DNA of 64,000 bases from an uncultured virus (IMG/VR IMGVR_UViG_3300008117_000029). Taxonomy: Duplodnaviria > Heunggongvirae > Uroviricota > Caudoviricetes. Under the pieces are notes generated by a model. The model was not told the DNA's origin and ran no database searches. It saw only the letters and a list, made by a program, of their open reading frames with translations. Each line of letters begins with the position of its first letter. The stretch's first letter is position 1. Below, piece after piece: positions 56,640-64,000 of this stretch. The stretch covers positions 1-64,000 of the IMG/VR virus record IMGVR_UViG_3300008117_000029; one strand, written 5' to 3'. A program made the position numbers and the translations under genes.

Positions 56640-58490
56640 ATGCAAGCAGATTACGGAGGACAAATAGGCGGGGAAACAACACCAGAAGGATTTGCCGCAA
56701 GGATAAAATCGCTTTTAGATATTGGTGTAGAAGACTTTGCTTCAGCGGTCACAAGATTGAGTCAGGCCTCAACCGATATCAATAAGGTATTCACCCAAGG
56801 AAGACAAAGAGTAGTTGAACTTCAGCAGGCAGTTGCGGATTCAGTTCCTGACGTTCTTAGACTTGGAGGTTCAGTTCAAGATGTTAGTAGTGCAATCGAA
56901 GGAGTTGCCAAAGCGGCAAACAGGAATGTGTTGGCAACACAAGAACAAATCGAAAAGTTATATGCTGCAAATAAAATTCTAGACCTGAGTGCAGAGAGTC
57001 TTACCAACAGTTTCATGAATGTTGGTATGTCTGTGAAAGACATTGGAAAGAATTTAGAGTCATCAATACAGTATGTTCAAAGTATAGGAGGAAACGCTGC
57101 TGAGGTTGTCAAAGACATGACTGCAAACATGGACCAACTCAACCGTTATCAGTTTGAGGGTGGTGTGAAAGGTTTAACAAAAATGGCAGCACAAGCCTCA
57201 ATGTTAAGGTTTGACATGAACCAAACTTTTCAATTGGCGGAAAAGGTTCTGAGCCCTGAGGGTGCAATTCAAGTAGCATCAGCATTCCAAAGATTAGGTG
57301 TTTCCGTAGGAAACTTAGTTGACCCTTTTCAACTGATGAATCAATCCATCAACGACCCATCAGGTTTACAAGATAGTTTAGCCCAAATGACAAAACAGTT
57401 TTCTTATTTCGATGAGGAAACTAAAACATTCAAAATCAATCCACAGGGAGTTCTGACAATTAATGAGATTGCAAATCAAACTCAAATGAGTGCTAAAGAA
57501 CTTAGAGAAATGTCTTTAGCTGCTTTAGAATTGGACAGGAGATTATCTGCGGTAAGTGCTGCAGGTCTTTCTATTGCAAGTGAAGAGGACAAACAATACT
57601 TAGCTAACATAGCCACAATGACGAGTGAGGGGACCTATGAAGTAAAAATCAAAGATGAAAAGTCTGGTGAGTATATTACAAAAGAACTTTCACAAGTTAC
57701 TCAAACAGAATTTGACAAATTGATACAGGAACAAAAAAAAGGACCAAAAACTTTAGAGGATTTGGTTAGAAGTCAAATGAATTATACGGAGTCAATTGAG
57801 GCTGACGTATCTGCAATAAGAAATAAGTTGGTTGGTGGACTTGCCTCTGCTTCTCCTGTCTTAAGAGGATTTGAGGGTGCAAGAAATGTTATCTCTACAA
57901 TTGGTGGTGAACTTTCGGATATAGGTGGAACAAAAGAAGTTAGAGAAAAGGTTCAAAAATTCATGTCGGGTATGGGAAGTATTGTTGATGAATTAGCAGA
58001 CCCAAACACAAATAAGTTGTCGGTTATCCAAAAATACATGGCAAGTTTTGGAACTGAACTTGATGATATAAAAAATGATTTGAATAAAGCAATAAAAAGT
58101 GCTTTAGAAAAATCAAAAAACAAACTCAATACAGATAATAAAGTTGAAGCTGCTGGTTCGTGGGTGCTCGGTAAAGTTCTTGGTCAAGAAACAACTAACA
58201 CAAAGGCAAGTAAACAAGCTGAAATTTTGAATGACGCTTCGAAAAAAGCAGAATCTTTAGCCAAAGAAGGTAAGATTCCTTATGGGACACAGGTAAATTC
58301 AAAAGTGGAGTTTGGTGTATTGAAAGTTGATTTGAACATCCAAGGAAACCAAACCTTAAACGAAACGCAAAAACAAGAGATAGTTAAAATTTTAAGTGAT
58401 AAATTTAGAGAAATTGGGGTCCAAAATTATATGGTTCAGGTTAGCCAAAAGAATCCTTCAACAGCATCTGGTATAGCCAAAGCCAAATAA
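56640..58490 (+). CDS. Tape-measure-like protein
   Basis: Ala/Gln/Ser-rich helical protein directly after the chaperone pair. Confidence 0.65.
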   Translation: MQADYGGQIGGETTPEGFAARIKSLLDIGVEDFASAVTRLSQASTDINKVFTQGRQRVVELQQAVADSVPDVLRLGGSVQDVSSAIEGVAKAANRNVLATQEQIEKLYAANKILDLSAESLTNSFMNVGMSVKDIGKNLESSIQYVQSIGGNAAEVVKDMTANMDQLNRYQFEGGVKGLTKMAAQASMLRFDMNQTFQLAEKVLSPEGAIQVASAFQRLGVSVGNLVDPFQLMNQSINDPSGLQDSLAQMTKQFSYFDEETKTFKINPQGVLTINEIANQTQMSAKELREMSLAALELDRRLSAVSAAGLSIASEEDKQYLANIATMTSEGTYEVKIKDEKSGEYITKELSQVTQTEFDKLIQEQKKGPKTLEDLVRSQMNYTESIEADVSAIRNKLVGGLASASPVLRGFEGARNVISTIGGELSDIGGTKEVREKVQKFMSGMGSIVDELADPNTNKLSVIQKYMASFGTELDDIKNDLNKAIKSALEKSKNKLNTDNKVEAAGSWVLGKVLGQETTNTKASKQAEILNDASKKAESLAKEGKIPYGTQVNSKVEFGVLKVDLNIQGNQTLNETQKQEIVKILSDKFREIGVQNYMVQVSQKNPSTASGIAKAK

Positions 58491-58526
58491 AAAATACTAT
58501 ATAACCTATTTATAGAAAAATAATTG

Positions 58527-61500
58527 ATGGCGAGTTTATTAGAATTTTCATCTTCCTCAGGATTCAGAAAAAAGTTACTCACAAGGAACCTTACACCATA
58601 TGCTAAGGCTCCTAATAGACCGTCACAACCGATAGACACGGAATATATCCAAAGCGATTCTTCTGTTCAAGACAGTCCAGACCAACTTATTGATGAACCT
58701 AGTTTTGCTAACAGACTCTACCCTCTCAACCAATGGGGGTCAGACGGTGGATATAAACAAGCACCAGACCCGACAGGATTACTTAATACGAAGTCAAATC
58801 AAGGAGAATATGGACCAGGTCAACAAGATGCAAGATTACTTGGTCAGGCCGAACCTGAATCGTTGAGATGGAAAACGGTTAACGCATATTCAAATGGTTC
58901 TGAAGCTCTGTTAGACAGTGGGGAATATATTACTGAACCTAATTTTGTTATAGGTGGAACAAGATTATATAATAATCAACCCTACCCGACAACATTCGTC
59001 CCTTCATTATATGGACCTGTTACTATTCTATTAACCAAAGACCCACTGGGTAGTAATGGGTTATTGAGTCAAGATTCCTTCATTGCCAAGTTGGGAGCTC
59101 AAACCTTGAGGAAATCTTTTGAGGAAAGAATTGCTGCACAAATAAGACAAAATACATTAGGTAGAGTAAATCTATTCAATGTTGACAGCGGGAACGATGT
59201 TTTGAATTTAATAACAGGAAGAGTTCCATTGTTGGAACCAAACTGGACTATTACAACCCCAAGTAACCCAATATTAGCCGCAACAGATTTTGCGCTCAGA
59301 CTTGCTGGAAGTATATTACCTGTATCCCCAATCCCAGGTTCTTATTGGGACCCATCAATAAATTCAGGACAGCCAACAACAATACAACAACTACAGAATG
59401 CATTTAGAAGAAGTGCTGTTGGAAACTTTTTCAATAGACTTTTAGGTGCCCCTCAATCAGGTTCTCAACTCTTCCTTAATAACACAGGTGGAGGACAAAA
59501 GTCTAGACTTTTCGCCAACATCGATTTTAACAAATTCAAACCGAACTACGAAAGAACTTTCTTGGACAGAGCCGCTGGTGCAATTGTTGGTGGTTTATCA
59601 GACAATAGTAACTATTATGTTGGTTCAAGAACATCAGAACCATCACAAGTCTTTTCTCCTGCGGGTGCATTACCCGTAAATGAGTTTGGGGTAGTCCAAC
59701 AATCTCCTGTTTTTGGACCAACTGAGTTAGCTCAACTTTATGAAGGACCTAGTCAAGATGTAAAATTAGGTGCTAATGGACCAACGTATAGTGACGGTGG
59801 TGGTATCGAAGGTGGGTTTACTTGGGTTTCACCGAAATACAAGGGAAATGCTGGTAAGAGAGTGGGTCTTGGTGGGGAGGTGACAAGAGAAGATGAAGAT
59901 TTCAGACCATCATCCTATAACTCAACAGAATCAACTGAAAGAAGATTTAGAGAGGGTTCAATTCTTGATGACACTCAAAGATTAATAGACAGTCAACCAC
60001 AAGGAGGAAAAAGATTACAACACGTAGGTAATGCCATAGACCAAGTATCCAAAGTTTTCAACGACGGATATAAAGAAATGACAAAGGGTTCTAGAGTTTA
60101 TAGATACGAAGGGGCTGTAGGACAGGAAGTTGGAACAGAATATTGTAGAGTTTTTGCTAAGGATACTCCATATCTTCAATATAATGATTTACAAAAGGTA
60201 GATGGTATAACAATTAATGGAAGAAGATTTGTAGATTCAGTTTTAGATAACACATATAATTTGAACATTGCTCCAAACAAACAAGAAGGTGGTCAAAGTT
60301 CTACAAATTTAATAGGAACTACAAATACCGCATTTGCAAAAAAATACATGTTCTCATTGGAAAATCTTGCTTGGAGAACCTCTTCTACACCAGGAGCATC
60401 AGTCTCTGATTTACCTGTTTGTGAGAGAGGACCTAATGGAGGAAGGGTTATGTGGTTCCCACCTTATGGACTTACCTTTAATGAAAACGTATCTGCGTCA
60501 TGGAACACTAGTGAGTTCCTTGGTAGACCAGAGCCAATATATACATATAAGTCAACAAGTAGAGGTGGGACTTTGGCTTGGAAGATAGTTGTTGACCATC
60601 CTTCAGTTTTGAATGTTATAGTCAACAAGGTTCTTGCAAATGAAACCAATAGAACAAGAGTTAATAGTATTATAGATTCATTCTTTGCGGGATGTAGGAA
60701 ATACGATTTATATGAATTAGCTAAGAAGTATTACACAATCAATCCGAATGACTTGTATCAATTACAAGAAGCTATTACCTCAAAGAAGTTGACAAGAGAA
60801 CAAATTGAATGGTCTAAACTTGAGATTCAAACAGGGGTTGATGGTGGACAAGGTCAAGACATCAGTCAACCTGGACCCACTGAAAGTGAACTATTAAAAT
60901 ATAAAGATGTTGGTTTGTATTTCGCAAATGATTATCCAAAAAAAGGGGACGTTACAGGATATGACCAGCAGAAACTGATATATGATGGTCAACGTGCAAA
61001 GTATGACACAAGTGCAGATACAAAAAGTTTTTTCGATGTTGTTGTAGATACTAACTTTAAAGTTGCTCAAAAACTAATTGATGATTTAGTTGCAAAATTA
61101 AAACAAACTAAAGGGTCTATTACAATCGTAATTGACTCAAGTTGTTCCGCACCACAAACACAAAGTTATAACGTAGAGTTATCAAAAAGAAGAATTGAGT
61201 CTGCTCAATTATTTTTCAATAAAAACCCTAAATTGTCCCAATACGTTAGTGAAGGGAGATTATTAGTTCAAGCTGGTAAAGGGTTTGGAGAATCTTTCAT
61301 TTCTCAACCAAGAAAGTTTGAAGGACCTGAACCATATGATTTATCTGTTAAAAATTTGGGAAACTCATATAATTGCACTGACACCGATAGTAGCGTTGTG
61401 GGTGGAGATATACAAGTTCAAGCTAAAGATGTTTTCACACCAGGAGCAATGGCCTGTAGGAGGGCTTATATCTATAATATCATAGATAATACCACCGACA

Positions 61501-63548
61501 ACACCCCTGAACCAGTTCCCACACCTCAATATACCGATGTATTAGTGTCTAATACAGTTGTAACAACAACTGAGACAGAGGAGATTTCAAGAGAATGGAG
61601 AAGAAGAGATAACATTACTAAAAGGGTTATTAGGTCCCTTCTATCTGAGTGTGATTACTTTGAGACAATAAAGGCAGAAACACCTATGGTTTTTGACAAC
61701 CTAAAAGACAAACTAAAGTTCTTCACACCGGCATTCCACTCAATGACACCAGAGGGATTAAACTCGAGGTTAACATTCTTACAACAGTGTATGAGACCTG
61801 GTGACACAATTCCTACAATCAAAGAAGTCAATGGTTCACCTGTGTTACAATACAACAATGCTGTAAACACAACATTTGGAGCACCTCCAGTTTTAGTTTT
61901 GAGAATTGGTGATTTTTATAATACCAAAATCATACCTGAGAGTTTATCATTACAATATGAGGAGTTGGACATAAATCCTGAGGGTATAGGGGTTCAACCA
62001 ATGATTGCAAATGTTAGTTTGAATTTCAAGTTCGTTGGGGGTAGCGGTCTAAAAGAATCTGTTGATAGATTACAAAACGCTTTGACATTCAATTATTATG
62101 CGAATACTGAGATATATGATGACAGAGCCGATGTTACAGCACAAGAGGATTTCTTGAAAGTCTTAGATGACGAGTTTCTGGCAATGGCGGTTCCACCAAA
62201 ACCACCTGCAGCTAATCAAGCGGCACCAAATAATGGACAAAATAATAACCAAACAATCGGTAGTATTCTAAACAGAACGAATCAACCTTTTGGTGAAAAC
62301 GGAACTATTTCATATTCTGATTTCATGGTAAATTTTGTCAATCAAACTCAAACTTATTTTCAAAATGTTGTTAACAAACAAATTACAATCACATCTCAGT
62401 ATAATAACGCGGTAAGGCAACAATGGATGGCTGAGAGAAATTATACATACGGAGGAACATCTGTGGATACCGCACCAGTATCAATATACATTTTTGGAAA
62501 ACCAAATAATGTTGAGAACAGATTCAATCAGATATTTGCTAATTTGGAGGAAGACATTACAAATGATGATGACCAATTTATCAACTTCATTTCAGATACC
62601 ACAAAAAATCTGACTCCAAGAGTAATAAATGCAATTAAGACAAACTATTCAAATGTTATTAAAAACAAGAGGGGTGTTTTCCAAAATGCCGTAACCCAAA
62701 TAACACAAGAGTTGGTTACACTGGAGACACAATATATTCAAAGTTGGTCAAGAGCCAACATAATTACTTATGATTATACGACTGGTTTTGCTTTCGATGG
62801 ATTCCAATCAGCGAAAGGTGATGTGACGGTTTATGAAATATCAGGATTATCTGAAGTAGATGTTTCATCCACTTCTGCAACTGATACCTTGGATGAGTTG
62901 GTGATTGATTTACAAAAAGTGAGAGATAATATTTCAGAATTTAATGATATTATTTGGGCGACAAATTCTTTTGTTTATTCTCAAGACAATTTAACTTATG
63001 ATGGTGTTATGGTTTATAAAACTGAGAATGGAATTGCAGACGGAGCACCTTCAACCGACGTAGTGTTTGAACCTTTTTCAAAAAAGGATGAGTTCACAAA
63101 CGGTAATTTCAAAAGACAATATATGATATTCTCTGATGACATTTTGGATGACAAGAAATATCAAACATTCAAACAATCAATTATCGGAGACGTTATTAAT
63201 AACACTGCACTCATAGGAGATTCAACAGCCGACGTTAGTAAGATTTTTGACGACTTTTGGATTGTAAAATCCAAACCTTTATATATTGAGGAAAATAACA
63301 TAACTAAAGGATTCTTGGATAGTGTGGCTAAGAATGAGTTGAAAGATTTCTTAATCTATACACCATTCCCCAAAAAGAATAGAATCCTTGGATTTTCAAC
63401 GGAAAACGTGTTTCCTGACCCAAGTTTGTTCGACCTTGAAAAATCTTGGATTAAAAGTTTGGCTGCACAAACAAACAGCTCGAACGACCAAGCCACTTGG
63501 AATGATGACATTTCAGGGGCATTAATATCTAAAGCAAAACTTAACTAA
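58527..63548 (+). CDS. Large baseplate hub / tail-tube-initiator protein with an embedded OmpA-like domain
   Basis: ENVSASWN...GRPEPIYTY and PPVLVLRIGDFY resemble tube initiators. YNVELSKRR is an OmpA-like motif. ATG at 58527 follows TATTTAT. Confidence 0.7.
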   Translation: MASLLEFSSSSGFRKKLLTRNLTPYAKAPNRPSQPIDTEYIQSDSSVQDSPDQLIDEPSFANRLYPLNQWGSDGGYKQAPDPTGLLNTKSNQGEYGPGQQDARLLGQAEPESLRWKTVNAYSNGSEALLDSGEYITEPNFVIGGTRLYNNQPYPTTFVPSLYGPVTILLTKDPLGSNGLLSQDSFIAKLGAQTLRKSFEERIAAQIRQNTLGRVNLFNVDSGNDVLNLITGRVPLLEPNWTITTPSNPILAATDFALRLAGSILPVSPIPGSYWDPSINSGQPTTIQQLQNAFRRSAVGNFFNRLLGAPQSGSQLFLNNTGGGQKSRLFANIDFNKFKPNYERTFLDRAAGAIVGGLSDNSNYYVGSRTSEPSQVFSPAGALPVNEFGVVQQSPVFGPTELAQLYEGPSQDVKLGANGPTYSDGGGIEGGFTWVSPKYKGNAGKRVGLGGEVTREDEDFRPSSYNSTESTERRFREGSILDDTQRLIDSQPQGGKRLQHVGNAIDQVSKVFNDGYKEMTKGSRVYRYEGAVGQEVGTEYCRVFAKDTPYLQYNDLQKVDGITINGRRFVDSVLDNTYNLNIAPNKQEGGQSSTNLIGTTNTAFAKKYMFSLENLAWRTSSTPGASVSDLPVCERGPNGGRVMWFPPYGLTFNENVSASWNTSEFLGRPEPIYTYKSTSRGGTLAWKIVVDHPSVLNVIVNKVLANETNRTRVNSIIDSFFAGCRKYDLYELAKKYYTINPNDLYQLQEAITSKKLTREQIEWSKLEIQTGVDGGQGQDISQPGPTESELLKYKDVGLYFANDYPKKGDVTGYDQQKLIYDGQRAKYDTSADTKSFFDVVVDTNFKVAQKLIDDLVAKLKQTKGSITIVIDSSCSAPQTQSYNVELSKRRIESAQLFFNKNPKLSQYVSEGRLLVQAGKGFGESFISQPRKFEGPEPYDLSVKNLGNSYNCTDTDSSVVGGDIQVQAKDVFTPGAMACRRAYIYNIIDNTTDNTPEPVPTPQYTDVLVSNTVVTTTETEEISREWRRRDNITKRVIRSLLSECDYFETIKAETPMVFDNLKDKLKFFTPAFHSMTPEGLNSRLTFLQQCMRPGDTIPTIKEVNGSPVLQYNNAVNTTFGAPPVLVLRIGDFYNTKIIPESLSLQYEELDINPEGIGVQPMIANVSLNFKFVGGSGLKESVDRLQNALTFNYYANTEIYDDRADVTAQEDFLKVLDDEFLAMAVPPKPPAANQAAPNNGQNNNQTIGSILNRTNQPFGENGTISYSDFMVNFVNQTQTYFQNVVNKQITITSQYNNAVRQQWMAERNYTYGGTSVDTAPVSIYIFGKPNNVENRFNQIFANLEEDITNDDDQFINFISDTTKNLTPRVINAIKTNYSNVIKNKRGVFQNAVTQITQELVTLETQYIQSWSRANIITYDYTTGFAFDGFQSAKGDVTVYEISGLSEVDVSSTSATDTLDELVIDLQKVRDNISEFNDIIWATNSFVYSQDNLTYDGVMVYKTENGIADGAPSTDVVFEPFSKKDEFTNGNFKRQYMIFSDDILDDKKYQTFKQSIIGDVINNTALIGDSTADVSKIFDDFWIVKSKPLYIEENNITKGFLDSVAKNELKDFLIYTPFPKKNRILGFSTENVFPDPSLFDLEKSWIKSLAAQTNSSNDQATWNDDISGALISKAKLN

Positions 63549-63871
63549 TGGCGTATCCATATTGGAATAGATATAGTCAATTTATCATTAATGGAGAACA
63601 AACAGTTGTCCCTTATGTTCAATTGCCTTCAAAACCAACCGATAAGGCTTACATTTATAAAGTTGGTAGAAGTAGGTTAGATAGAGTCTCACAAGAATAT
63701 TACAACTCACCATTTTTTGGTTGGTTGATATTACAAGCCAACCCTCAGTTTGGGGGTTTAGAAAATAATATTTTCGATGGTGCAATTTTGAGTATTCCAT
63801 TTCCATTGATACCATCATTACAAGATTATAAAGCGGCAATAGACAACCAATTCTTTTATTATGGCAGGTAA
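63548..63871 (+). CDS. Baseplate wedge protein (gp53/LysM-like)
   Basis: RLDRVSQEYYNSPFFGWLILQANP motif. Confidence 0.75.
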   Translation: MAYPYWNRYSQFIINGEQTVVPYVQLPSKPTDKAYIYKVGRSRLDRVSQEYYNSPFFGWLILQANPQFGGLENNIFDGAILSIPFPLIPSLQDYKAAIDNQFFYYGR

Positions 63872-64000
63872 TGTACAAGCGGACAACAGTGGGAATATCC
63901 TTGTCGAGTTTGATTATAACAACATTATCGTAGTCGACCCAAACAAAACAATTGATGCTTTCGGAAAGATAAGAGAAAGATTAGTCGACCACGAAAATTT
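63861..64000 (+). CDS. 5' end of the next baseplate-region gene (truncated by the window edge)
   Basis: ATG at 63861 opens MAGNVQADNSGNILVEFDYNNIIVVDPNK..., with no stop before the window end. Confidence 0.7.
   Translation, partial: MAGNVQADNSGNILVEFDYNNIIVVDPNKTIDAFGKIRERLVDHEN

Noticed and set aside
55834..56663. Minus-strand ORFs 55834-56421 and 56418-56663
   Set aside because: They are antisense shadows of the chaperone gene and its frameshift extension.
1..64000. Stop-codon reassignment as seen in some jumbo phages
   Set aside because: Genes are full length under the standard code, and TAA, TAG and TGA all end well-supported genes.
1..64000. tRNA, rRNA, integrase, transposase or reverse transcriptase/DGR
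   Set aside because: Intergenic gaps are short, and no cloverleaf or matching catalytic motifs were seen by eye.

Overview
A gene-dense, AT-rich 64-kb segment of a large T4-superfamily-like (jumbo-type) contractile-tailed phage using the standard genetic code. The host is probably in Bacteroidota: there are TAnnTTTG promoters, no Shine-Dalgarno motifs and a Q-rule signal peptide. The window holds the major capsid protein, neck, sheath, tube, chaperone, tape-measure and baseplate genes, a family B DNA polymerase, an SNF2 helicase, a SET-domain protein, a gp55-like sigma factor, PhoH and dUTPase. The main highlight is a candidate phage-encoded mucin-type virion O-glycosylation system. Thr/Pro-repeat fibre proteins (28.4-35.1 kb) lie directly upstream of a GT60 polypeptide-GlcNAc transferase, a GT25 and two HtrL-like transferases. 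A separate 20-gene operon supplies a GDP-mannose 3,5-epimerase, GT10/GT11 transferases and sugar O-methyltransferases. Other findings are an unannotated +1/-2 frameshift in the tail chaperone at UUU_UUU_CGC, a Mn-SOD fused to a nuclease-like domain, an OmpA-like domain inside the baseplate hub, a recurring TATTTAT putative late promoter, and shared (I/L)xE processing-like motifs on probable head-packaged proteins. All calls come from motif recognition by eye; no database searches were run.
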